From: Convolutriloba macropyga
Taxonomy: Eukaryota
Length of the DNA stretch: 64,000 nt
Assembly (NCBI RefSeq): GCF_964194025.1
Contig: NC_134482.1
Coordinates: 15,438,001-15,502,000 of the forward strand
Reading direction: 5' to 3'
The position numbers were made by a program, and so were the translations under genes. Below, in pieces: positions 12,100-23,299 of the stretch (position 1 is its first letter; each line of letters opens with the position of its first letter). The notes below the pieces were generated by a model. The model saw only the letters and a program-made list of their open reading frames with translations. It ran no database searches and was not told where the DNA came from.

Positions 12100-14190
12100 G
12101 TTACAGTCTTCAGGATATCCATCCAAGGGTTTGTTAGCACCAATTGAGTTCAGTTCATAAATAAGTTTAAGTTTAGTCTGGTTTCGTGCAGTTATTGCAG
12201 TTTTCACATTTTCATAAATTCGCCAGGTACAATTGTCCCTCGTGTCATTTCCTGATATAGTCCCAGTAAATAGTTCAACTAAAAAGGTCCTTGTTCAGAT
12301 ATTTTATATATCGGATGTATACTAACGAAATTGCACAGCAATTTTGTACAATGGAAGAAGTCTTCGTCTGTTTTGGATCGGCGATTTGCTCCGATGGTCA
12401 ATTCTCCTGTGTGCTGTCTGGTTTTATCATCAGTGACCCTCGGTAGTTACATAGTAACGTCGTAATCATTTCCGTCTGGCAAAATGAGCAGAAGATTCTG
12501 CATTTCAGCGTACAAGCTTAAGCTCAACTGCTTCAATGTTATCAGTTCACCTTTGTAATCAAAACTTGCGTATCCACTTGGCTGTAATTTCCTCTACTCT
12601 TTCAAACTTCACAAGGTTTGATTAATTCGGCCAGACGTGAGAGCAGTAAACCAGGCTTGAGAGCAGTAAACCAGGACCAGCACAACATATGAGATTAGCG
12701 TGCTGCTTCGCCTGCTGTTTGTTTCGTTTCTGTTGGAAAAGTGCACTTAATCGCTTCTTCGCTCATATAGTAGAGTTATTACTCCACGTGAGATTTGCGA
12801 TTGCATTAACCATAGGTCACGCTGCACCTTTATCGGTTCTATTGTGGGGTTGAATATCACTGTTGTCATTGTGCCCATTATATGTATTAGCTTGCATTTG
12901 GTAGTGTTAATTTGCATTCTGTACTCGGAGCACCAATGCTGTATGCTTTAAGCACAGTTCGTAATTGGCTCTGATTTAAAACGATCTTGAAATCATCCGC
13001 AAACCCAAAGCACTCACAATTCGACACTGCATCTGGTAAATTGCTGAGAACCGCAGCAAAAGGAGCAGTCCCAGAATAGATCCCTTCGGAACTCCTCTAC
13101 TGACATTAACTGAGTCAGATGTATTCGCATTTACTTAAACATATTGCTCCTTTTCGCTCAAATAGGAGTTAAGTAGTTGCAGAAATATTAAAACTATCAA
13201 AGGACTTCAACTTCATAATGAGCAAATTGTGAGGTAATTTATTGCAGTAGTAGTAGAGGACTTAGAAGCTCTAATTTAGGTCCTCGGGTATTAGTCCCTT
13301 CGGTTTTCCATGTAGATCTTAAGTAACGTCAGATATTTCCTAGTGGATTAGAGATTTCACCTAGACAAAATATTCCAAAGGCAAGTTTCCACTTCATCAT
13401 ACACCTATTGGAAATTGTGCCAAAAAGCATTTAGTGGTTGCTTCAGCTGGCTAGATGCCATATCGATAACTCGCGACAGATAATTGTAGAATATCGTAGT
13501 TCGTCTGAAAAAAGGCGGCGAGATACAATATTGTCAGGTTTTCTACGCTGGAGTTGTCGTACTTCTTATTTAGTGAGTCAAGATGGACCAACAACTATAC
13601 CATTGCTGACCGCTTCTTTCGAAAGCCAAATTGATTTCAATGAAGCCGGTGCTCGCAGAAGATGTACAATGTGTTGAAGATCAGGCGCTCAAGGACTTTT
13701 GATACCAAACAGAGTAAGGTGATTGGTCGATAACATGCGCTCTGTGATCTGTTACCACCTTTGAACACTGGCATAAACTGACTGATTTTCCAATATCTAG
13801 GGAATACTCCTATATTTAAGATTCTTTGGAACAAGAGGAGTGACCTCCTAAATGAGATTGCGCAGTTCTGTAAGATGACGTCTCCAATGCTGTCAGATCC
13901 CTCAGCCTTGCTCAGACTTAAATGCTCGAGGATATGCCTGATTTCGGTTACACCAAGATGTAGACACTTGAGACTTCTATTTTCTATAATACGGAAATAA
14001 CGTTTTTTTATCCAAAAATCATACGGAAATGATCATACGTTTTTCGTTGAAGACACTTCTGAAAACCGGATTAAAAAACTTGATTTTTTCCAGGTCAGTT
14101 TTGGCTTTTTGAGTGGACAAAGTGACAACGGGGAAAACGTTTCATGACTTGCGTACTCATCGTAGGTATTTTCGAACGTTGCTGAATTGT
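12100..14190 (-). mobile_element. Decayed CR1/L2-group LINE ORF2 (RT and C-terminus) in kinase intron 1
   Basis: Fragments GVFPRYWKISQFMPVFKGGNRSQSACYRPITLLCLVSKVLERLIF, NQFGFRKKRSA, KLPHNLLIMKL, FGFADDFK, LSLYAEMQ, CTWRI; many stops and frameshifts. Ends approximate. Confidence 0.85.
13246..13519 (-). mobile_element. Short 5'-truncated LINE 3' end nested in the 12.1-14.2 kb LINE
   Basis: Host frame breaks after TILYL and resumes at KLPHNLL. The insert reads FFRRTTIFYNYLSRVID...YDEVETCLW (a LINE C-terminus), then a hairpin-bearing 3' UTR and a (TAC)n tail. Confidence 0.75.
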
Positions 14191-14258
14191 AGACTTGAAA
14201 ATAATATTAAATATCAATATCAAATAATATTAAGTGTCAAAATAATATTAAATATCAG

Positions 14259-14425
14259 GGATCTTTTCGGTTTGTGCCCACCCCCAGCTTAGTGGCTGCT
14301 TATTATTTGCAACCCACAGACGCACGTGCCATATATTTACAATGAATTACTATGTAAAGAAACGTGCTGTAACTGGGGGGTGCATTACGTACTGAGGGGG
14401 GGGGGGGCACAACCGGAAAAGATCC
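14259..14425. mobile_element. MITE with ~22-bp TIRs (GG...CC ends) and a 7-8-bp target duplication
   Basis: Left GGATCTTTTCGGTTTGTGCCC, right GGGCACAACCGGAAAAGATCC; flanks AATATCAG and AATATCAA. Confidence 0.8.
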
Positions 14426-14456
14426 AATATCAATTATACATCAATTGTATATAGAA

Positions 14457-14622
14457 TTCTTTTCCGGTTGTGCCCCCCCCCCGGTTGAGCGTAGTGGGCG
14501 CATATTATTTGCGTCCTCCAGACGCACGCGCAATATTTTTACATAGTGATTTACTGTGTAATGGCACGTGCTCTGTAACTGGAGGCGCATAACGTACTGG
14601 GGGGGGGGGGGGGGGCACAAAA
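14457..14622. mobile_element. Second, end-eroded copy of the same MITE
   Basis: TCTTTTCCGGTTGTGCCCCC...CAGACGCACG...ACGTGC..TGTAACTGG..ACGTACTGGGGGG..GGGCACAA, colinear with 14259-14425. Confidence 0.75.
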
Positions 14623-14661
14623 AACGTACTAGAAAAGAGTGTAGAATTCTAACAAACTAAC

Positions 14662-14997
14662 ACTGGGGTATATTATTTTGGAGAGATCAAGTTGCGCCAA
14701 CTCCATAACAAGGACATAATTTTGATTCAGAGCATTGGGACGAGGGGCAAAATATCCCAATATTTGGATAATATTTTCATGGGCCAATTCACTCAGAGAT
14801 TGAACTTCACGGACAAAACCTCGGTCGTCAATGCTTCCTGTTGCAGCATGATATCTTTTAACAGCACATGGAACTCCCTTAAATTCTCCTCTGAAGATGC
14901 AGCTACTGAAAGTTTTGCCCAACCACGAGTCGAATTCTGTCGTCGAAAATGACACTTCTGACATATCATGTATTCTCAGCTTTTGCCCTGTTGACAT
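14662..14997 (-). CDS. TKL/TAK1-like kinase, coding exon 1 (subdomains I-V)
   Basis: ATG at 14997; ...LGKTFSSCIFRGEFKGVPCAVKRY...GFVREVQSLSELAHENIIQILGY...VLVMELAQLDLSKIIYPS; donor AGT|gttagt; 336 nt, phase 0, matching the exon 2 acceptor across a 10.6-kb intron. Confidence 0.85.
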
Positions 14998-15364
14998 AAT
15001 CAAAACCTTAAAAATCTACATTATTATATTAATTTATTCACCTGAAAAAGAAAAGATAAATTAGGAAATGCCTGTCCCCAACACTGGGTGAGTATTGGCT
15101 GGTCCGTGGTTCTCCTAGCAGTACGTCTTCATGAAGCTTTTCGTATTTTTCGAATCTATCAATTTAAGGAAAATATTACACACGCATCCACAACAAATGA
15201 GAAATAGAAAAAACAAAACAAAAACAACTCTTAAAAACAAACGACTAATAGCATTGATGCCTAATCTTGCGTCATTACTAGTAGTCGTTGATTTGAGGGC
15301 AAAGGTTCTCACTTCTACAAGCTGAAGATCAGTTTCCATATCAGCATCGCTTAACAGAATTGCA

Positions 15365-16927
15365 TAGCTTTCGACAAAGTTCCCCATCAAATTCTTATAG
15401 AGAAGCTTAAAAAATTTAGAGTAGGTTGCAAATTGTTGACACTTCTGCATTCAAACCTTGAAGACAGGCAACATTACGTGAAGATAAATGATGATTGCTC
15501 CGATTACCTGGATGTCACTAGTGGTGTGCCCCAATGATCCATCCTCGGACCCCTACTGTTCCTGATTTTCATTGATGATCTACCCAATGTGAAACCTGAA
15601 ATAGAAAACTGCGGCTTTGCAGATGACTTTAAAATGGTCGCACAGAGCCCAACGGAATTGGATACCGGAACCACCCACATCGCAATGTAGTCCAAGGAAA
15701 ACCAAATGGAGCTCAATGCCTCAAAATGCAAGCTGCTGAATCTAAATGATGCAGAGAAGTTATTGTCAATTAAAACTTAAATTGATTAACTAAAACGAAC
15801 GTTTTCGAACATTGCGTTCATCGTCAGGTTTAATAATTAAATGAAATCATTTACAAAGTATATAAACTTGCCTTTGACTATAATTCTAGGAAATGAGTTA
15901 AAATAACATCGAATTTTTGAGATTATTTACAGGTAAATCACATTAACAACATTTTATTTACATTTATTACACTAAAATCAATTCATTTTATATTCCGGAT
16001 TTTATGAAAATCCCGGGTATAATGCTTTCTATTCCTGAAAAGGGATTTTTACTTTCATTCCTATCTGTTTTTATTTTTTTACTTTTTGGGGTTGACAAAA
16101 TCTAAAAGGTCAGCCTTCACCAAGTATAAAAACTGCTCTGAAAGAAGCCCCAGTACAGCGAGACCTAGGGCTCCTCATCTCCTCAAATCTCAACTGGACA
16201 GAAAATTGTGAAATCCCGATCCAAAAAGGAACTGGTGCGTTTTTCCAGATAAAACATAACATATCAAACAAAAGCAGCATCTCAACAAAGCTACAAGCCT
16301 ACGCAGGATATGTTGTCCCAATCCTTACGTATTGCTCGCAAGCGTGGTATGTCAGCAAGACAAACCTATCAAAATTCGAATCACTTCGCATTACAGCGAC
16401 ACAGTGGATTGTCAATTGACAAGTATCAGGATACAAGGAACGACTACTAAAGTTCAAACTGCTACTACTTAGTATGTATACTGAGATGCATGACTGCCTG
16501 CTTCTGATACCACTAGACCGGAACGAACACGAGGGTCCAATTGAGAACATGAAGTTAAAAAACAAATCAATTACTAAGCAAAATAGCAGAGGTGAGTTTG
16601 AATTAAAGAACAATAGACTTGCAAAAGCAGATCAGAACTTCTTCCATCCAACAAAGCACCTTTACAACAATGTTTCCCTCGAACAGAGAAACTACGGCGA
16701 AGTACTCAACGAGCAATAGATCAACAACATCTACTGGGAATACTTCACAAAAAGTTTTAATCAACTGAACAAGTGCATCTCGCGAAAAACGTTCAAATGT
16801 GGAACATGTGACAACTTTGAAAAAGATAAACTGAAATAGACCGATAAACACTGGGATTGAAACCCCAGGGGCAATAGCCCGAAGCTTGTATTACTATACT
16901 ACTACAACTACTACTACTTATACTACT
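15365..16927 (+). mobile_element. 5'-truncated decayed CR1/L2-group LINE with (TAC)n tail
   Basis: AFDKVPHQILIEKL, VTSGVPQ*SILGPLLFLIFIDDLP, GFADDFK, QRDLGLLISSNLNW, YAGYVVPILTYCSQAWY, SMYTEMHD, KCGTC; tail TACTATACTACTACAACTACTACTAC. Confidence 0.88.
15747..16098. mobile_element. 352-bp AT-rich non-autonomous insertion with 8-bp TSD inside the LINE
   Basis: AATCTAAA is duplicated at 15739-15746 and 16099-16106; excision restores the LINE frame CKLLNLKGQ. Confidence 0.75.
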
Positions 16928-17302
16928 AAAGAGGTCCCAAATTTATTGTCTCATATGGTTGTTATTCTCCTTTGGGACAATGAAGGGCGTGTGTCACAGT
17001 GAAAAAATTACTGCGTGCTCATAGTGATGGCATTAAATGGCTGCCAACCATAGCGAAGGGCAGGGTGATTACGAAACTGGCTTTTAGTTAGTTCAAAGTT
17101 ATATCGCGGCAACGGCATAGCGCTCAATCAGCTTGATGCTCTTTTTTTTTAGTAGTTAGGTCAAGTAAGCAAACGCCCTAATTATTAGGTTATCTCCTAA
17201 CATTTACCCTTCTTCAACTTCACATCAAGCTTTTTCTCCTGTTTTTGTTTTATTTCATGTATGATTTGTTGTTGCTCTAATACGGCTTCCGGTTTGGAGA
17301 AG

Positions 17303-18960
17303 TAGTAGTAGTAGTAGTAGTAGGAGAGTCTTTAGGGTCGGAGCCCTCGGGTGTGGAACCCTTCAGTTTTCGTTTGGCACGAGTTTTTTTCATTGGATTG
17401 CAGATTCCACAGTTGCATAGAAGTCTCCAGGTGCAGCTGTCGAGTTCGTTGTAGCTTCTGTGGAAATAGTTTTGGTACATCTCTGTCAGAAGTTTCTTCG
17501 TCATTGGCTTCTCCGTTGTCCTACTGATGATGTTGAATAGCTTTGTGGCTCTGAAGAAAAAATTTTCGTCTGATTTATGTAGTCGGTGTTTGGGGAGTTC
17601 AAATTCTTGCTTTTGTCTTGTTTCGTTTTCTTTTCGTTTTGGCAGTTTGTCTTCGGGGACGTAGTAATTGCCTTCTAGGATTGAGAGGAGATAGAGAACA
17701 TCGTGCATTTCCATGTACATGGAGAGTGGGAGTATTTTCAGCGTTTCGAGTCTTTGATGGTATTCGTCGTTTCCACCGCATATCCACTTTGTTGCCTTTT
17801 GCTGGATCTTCTCGATTGATTTCATGTCAGTCTTCGAAGGGTACCAGACTTGGGAGGCGTAAGTGAGTACGGGCACTACGTATCCTATGTAAGCGTTCAG
17901 TTTCGTTTCCATTGAGGTTCTGCTCGAAACATTTCGTTTGAGTATGTAGAAGGCTTTCCACGCTTTGGTTGTTCTAAGTTGGCAGTTTGCGCTCCAAGAG
18001 AGATTTCGAGACATTACGACTCCGAGATCTTTTTGGGTGGCAACGGTTTCAAGACCTGCTTCGTCACGCTGGGCTAGATCCCCTCTGATGAGGAGAGTTT
18101 TACTTTTGCTAACATTTAGGTCCATATGGTTTGCTTTGCTCCATTTCTGTATTTCCCCGAGAGTGGTCTCGCATTCGTGTTCACCGTGGGTAATTGCTTT
18201 GAAATCATCCGCGTATCCGAAGGCCGGGATGTCTGAGATTTCTTCGGGGAGATCGTCAATGTAGATGATGAACATCAGAGGCCCCAAAATTGATCCCTGA
18301 GGTACTCCGCTGGTTACATTTCTGGTCTTTGATTTGCTTGTTCCAATTTTGACGCGTTGCGTTCGGTTTGTGAGATAGCTTTCGAGTAGTTGGAGTAGCT
18401 TTCCTCCGAGGCCAATGTTCTCGAGCTTCTGGATGAGTCTTTTGTGCGCTACTTTGTCAAAGGCTTTTCTGAAGTCAACATACAGAGTTCGAATGTCATT
18501 GCATTTTTTCGATTCAAGTTGCTGGTATAGTTCGTCTGTGAAGAGGATGAGTTGAAGTACTGCTGATCGTTTCTTTCTGAAACCGTGTTGGGAGTCAGAG
18601 AGGGTTCTTTCTATTGGTGGGTAAAGCCGTTCGAAGATGACTTTCTCGAAGACTTTTGAGACGTTCTTCAATAGACTTATTGGTCGATACTGTGTGATGT
18701 CTGCTTTGTCGTTTTCTTTGTAGATCGGGGTGATCTCACTTGTTTTCCAGCTCTCTGGGAATTTTCCTTTATTAAGGCAGGTTTGGAAGATAAATTTGAG
18801 AGATTTTGCCAAAGCTGGGGCGTTTTTTAAGATTATATTTCCGATGTTGTCTGGGCCGCACGCTTTGTTTGCCTGGAGGCCCAACAGTTGTCTTTCGATT
18901 TCTTCTTCAGAAATTCTGAGGTAGTTGAGTCTCTGTTTTGGGTAGACTGAGGGTTCGTCT
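17303..18960 (-). mobile_element. Young 5'-truncated CR1/L2-group LINE (open RT frame) with (TAC)n tail
   Basis: ORF 18884-17277 has no stops and carries YRPISLL, QHGFRKKRS, DFRKAFDKV, GVPQGSILGP, YADD, KDLGV and the C-terminal CTWRLLCNCGIC. GAAG is duplicated at 17299-17302 and 18961-18964; removal restores continuity with the CRE copy near 20460. Confidence 0.92.
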
Positions 18961-19599
18961 GAAGCATAAAGGAATGTGAAAATCGAACTGATCTTTTGCT
19001 TATTTTATAACTGTCTTTAGTATAAGGATATATAGGCCACTCAAAATTATAGCAACGTAAATATGTTCAAGTATTTTTAATTTTGTTTGAATTCGTAACC
19101 AGATTTTACAGTTTTACAAGATTTCAATTAAGTTTTCAAAATGAAATGTTGTAAAAGCTAAGGAGGTCTATTTATGCTGAACCGATGAACTGTAAATTCT
19201 TTAAACATTTTGATGCAAAACTTTGGCTTGAAGATAGATCGCTTCCAACAAAGGTTTCTGCTGTCTCAAAAGTCACCTCACTATTTGTGTATCTTGATAA
19301 AAATGAACTTTGTTAATAATGTTGCGTTTGGTAAGATGAGAACCGAAAAAAATCATCACTCTTCAACAGATCGAAAAATTTCTCAGACTATCAAGAGAGC
19401 CAACAGCGTTATTATAGTCCACATAAATTTTTAGAACTGTGATGCAATCGTCGGGAACTACAATTATGGATGTGATGGCAACCCATACATAGACGTTAAC
19501 AGGAGGCCAATCATAATCAACAACAATTGGTATATGAAACAAAAAGAAGAAAGAGCTTGATATCTAATCAAAAAAGACGTCAATAAGGAGCGATTATAA

Positions 19600-20700
19600 T
19601 CAGAATGATATTCATTCACTTCCACCAAATCTCTTAGAGCCTTGACTATTGTGGACGGAGCTCTTCAGGAGAGCGAAGCTGTTTGTTTTATATACTTTGA
19701 TTTGACATAATTTCAGCTTAGCTGTCTTTTTGCGCAGAAAATGTTCGTGCCTGTAATCACGACGCATTTGAAGCTAATGAGCCAGGTCCAGCACTGCCTG
19801 AAAAAAGAAAAAGACAAAATTTCGCGCTGCAACGACAATTATTCATGTTCATATCCATTTTTTTATTGGAATCGAGATATTTGTAGATTTGCCTAATGAT
19901 TACGAGGCAACTTTATCTAAGGGTTGATCCTTTTGACATCACGGAATGTTAGTTGAACCTCGATTCCAGGAATTCCGCTGGCTTTGATGGTTAATCTTGC
20001 ATCATCATAGGTGGTCGTTAATTTGATTGCAGAGGTTTTTCTCATGCAATAGCCTGAGATGAGTTTCCATCTCAAAATAATGACAGACATCGCCTACAAG
20101 AAATGCAAAGTGTTTATTGTCACATGTGGATGTCTTTTTCCTTTGGGACAATGAAGGGCATGTGTCACAGTTAAATTTTCTACTGCATTTGCATAGTGAT
20201 GGCATCTGTTAGTTTCCAACCATAGCGAGGGCAACGTGATCACGAAACTCGCTTTTGGTTAGTTCAAAGTGATATTGCTCCAATGACTTAGTGCTGAACC
20301 ATCTTGAGGCTCCTTTTTCAATAGTTACGTGAAGTAAGAGAATTCCTTAGTTTTTCTGTTATTAAGTTCTCCCCTTGTTTTTACATTCTTCAACTTCACA
20401 CCAAGCTTTTTGTTCTGTTTATTTTTCTTTTACGAGTTTTTGTTGTTTTAAATTGGCTTTGGGCGGGGATAAGGATAAAGGATATGAATGGTGAACTGAT
20501 CATTTGCTTTTTATGTAACGGTTTTCAGTTTAAAGAAGCGTAGGCCACTCTAAGTTATCGTATCATAATAAAGGTTACCTAAAGATAAAAAACCTAAAGA
20601 TAATTAATAAAGATAAAGAACATTGTATTTGGTAAGTTGAGAACTGAAAGCAGCTAATGGTTTTTCAACGAGTCAAAAATTTTCCAAAATTACGGACGTT
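19600..20700 (-). mobile_element. Decayed CRE-clade retrotransposon, copy B (zinc knuckle and RLE C-terminus)
   Basis: IEKGASRWFSTKSLEQYHFELTKSEFRDHVAL, MPSLCKCSRKF, HFAFLVGDVCHYFEMETHLRLLHE, DDARLTIKASG, SGSAGPG, SFALLKSSV..QGS. Confidence 0.75.
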
Positions 20701-20707
20701 TTTAACA

Positions 20708-23030
20708 TTTTGTTGTACATGGATGTCCAAATGTCAGTTGGCCTTGATGACTAATCTTGAACCGTTAGTAGTTTTTGTTGATTGTTCTGCGAAAGCTTCC
20801 TCATTGAAACAGCCGAAAATGAGGTTCGATTTCAACATACTTATTTTAATCATTTGAGGGTTATTCTTTTTTGGGCATTTGAGAGATCGCATCTCTTGGA
20901 GTCTAGACATAGCAGTGGGCAATGCGATCACAAAACTTATTTCTGGTAGGATCAAAGTCATAACGTTTTATTGGCAAATTGCTCAACAAGCTTGACACCA
21001 CCTATCACTAATTAGGTCAAGTGAATGAACCTTCACATAATAGGTTTCCTCCTAATTGTCTTTTTCGTACACAATTTGTTGTTGCTTTAGTTCCGCTTCT
21101 AACAGGGATAGGGTTAGAAGATTTGAAACTTGAATTCATCGTATGTATTGTTTGAAGGAGTTCGCAGTTACACGATGTTCAGGTCAACCTCCCTTTTCGG
21201 CAAAAAATAGATTTTCCAGTAAATGGGTTTGTTGTTAATTGATTTCTCGTTCCTCCTAACAAGTTTTCAATATTAGGGGATTTAAAAACTCAGAAGGTCA
21301 ATTTTTGCTAAATCGATTAACTCAACGATATGTGAACTTTTTGAGTTAAAACATTGGCATAAAAGGACAGCGGTTCTGACCAAAAGACTTAAAAAATCGT
21401 TTTTGGCATTATAATAAAGATGTTCTATGGTAATGGTATTGCTCAAATGATAACCACAGCAAGATCATGTGTTTAAAAGGATTAATTTTTTTTCTAGTTA
21501 TTAAGAGAACCGAAAACGTTACATCCTACACGTACCACTTTTGGACTGGAAGCAAGCGTCAAACAGTAGAATTATTGGTGTTGTGGCAAACTCAAACATC
21601 GACATTGCGAAGAGTCCGAACTATAGCAACAGCAAGCACAGGAAATTAGAGAGGAGAACGAATTTGATGCCAAGCGGGCGAAAAACGACAACAAGGAACG
21701 AATGGAACCAAAACAAAACTCACTGGATTACTGAGTTAGTAAATAATAATCGCGTTTTGTTCTACATGGACGCCCAAATGTCAGTTGGCCTTGATGGCTA
21801 ATCTTGAACCATTATTAGTTTTTGTTGACTGTTCTGCAAAGGCTTCCTCATTGCAACAGCCGAAATTGAGGTTCGATCTCAAAATACTTATTTTTTTGTT
21901 CATTCGACGGTTATTCTCTTTCGGACAAATGAGAGATTGAAACTCTTGGGGTCTAGACATAGCAGTAGGCAATGCAATCACAAAATTTATTTCTCGTAAG
22001 ATCAAAGTCATAACGTTTCAGTGGCATATCGCTCAACAAGCTTGATACCACATTTCACTAGTTAGGTCAAGTGAATGAACCTGGCACATATTAGGTTTCC
22101 TTCTAATTGTCATTTTCTATGGTTTAATATCATGCTTTTTCAGCTGTTTTATTTCGTATACAGTTTGTTGTTGCTTTAGTTCCGCTTCTAACAGGGATAA
22201 GGTTAGAAGATTTGAAACTTGAATTCATCGTATGTATTGTTTGAAGGAGTTTGCAGTTACACGATGTTCAGGCCAACCTCCCTTTTTGGCAAAAAATAGA
22301 TATTCCAGTAATTGGGTTTGTTGTTAATTGATTTCTCGTTCCTCCTAACAAGTTTTCAATATTAGTTGATTTAAAAACTCAGAAGGTCAATTTTTGCTAA
22401 ATCCATTATCTCAACAATTTGTGAACATTTTGAGTTAGAACATTGGCCTAAAAGGACAGCGGTTCTGACCAAAGACTTAAAAAATTGTTTTTGGCATTAT
22501 AATAAAGATTTTCTATGGTAATAGTATTGCTCAAATGATAACCACAAGCAAGATCATGTGTTTACAAGGATTCAATTTTTTTCTAGTTATCAAGAGAACC
22601 GGGAAACGTTACATCTTACACGTACCACTTTTGGACTGGAAGCAAGCGTCAAACAGTAGAATTATTGGTGTTGTGGCAAACTCAAACATCGACATTGCGA
22701 AGAGTCCAAACTATAGCAACAACAAGCACAGGAAATTAGAGAGGAGAACGAATTCGATGCCAAGCGGGCAAAAGACGGCAACAAGGAACGAACGGAATCA
22801 AAACAAAACTCACCAAAATTAATGAGCTATTAAATAATAATCTCTCTTTCGGACAAATGAGAGATCGAAACTCTTGGGGTCTAGACATAGCAGTGGGCAT
22901 TGCAATCACGAAATTTATTTCTCGTAAGATCAAAGTCATAACGTTTCAGTGGCATATCGCTCAACAAGCTTGATACCACATTTCACTAGTTAGGTCAAGT
23001 GAATGAACCTGGCACATAATAATCTCTCTT
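20708..23030 (-). repeat. ~1.05-1.09-kb tandem duplication (2 units plus a 180-bp partial), each unit carrying a CRE fragment
   Basis: 20708 aligns with 21755 and 21541 with 22631; paralogous ORFs end FAEQSTKTTNGSRLVIKAN and FAEQSTKTNNGSRLAIKAN (CRE RLE motif). Confidence 0.85.
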
Positions 23031-23299
23031 AAAAAAATCTAAATTCAGATGTGCCACTTCCAAAATCTGCGTGATTTTCTGTTTGTCTTGGGCCCTCTCA
23101 GCACTACATCTTCCTACAATTTTTTTTGTTTTTTTTTCATTCTATTTAATAAAAAGCAATTAATAACTATCAGCTGGAAAAACAAAAAAAAGTAAAGTTG
23201 TAAAACAAAAAACTGGCAAGCCATGAAAAGAAACATTTAATGGCAAAAGTAGACAAGTAGAAACAGCAACCTCAACACTTCAAGAACTGGTTTAGTTAA

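Larger units (their letters stand above)
15240..19430 (-). mobile_element. Decayed CRE-clade (RLE) non-LTR retrotransposon, copy A, split by two LINE insertions
   Basis: Pieces 18965-19430, 16930-17298 and 15240-15362 read in order: PEAVLEQQQIIHEIKQK..., ASS*LSAMPLPRYNFELTKSQFRNHPALRYGWQP, THALHCPKG, AILLSD..METDLQLVEVRTFALKSTTTSNDARLGINA. This is the post-RT/zinc-knuckle/RLE region typical of CRE elements. Confidence 0.75.

Noticed and set aside
21290-21312. Sm site (AATTTTTG) suggesting spliced-leader RNA genes in the CRE tandem unit
   Set aside because: Not conserved in the homologous segment near 19165, and no SL-like donor or stem-loops were seen.
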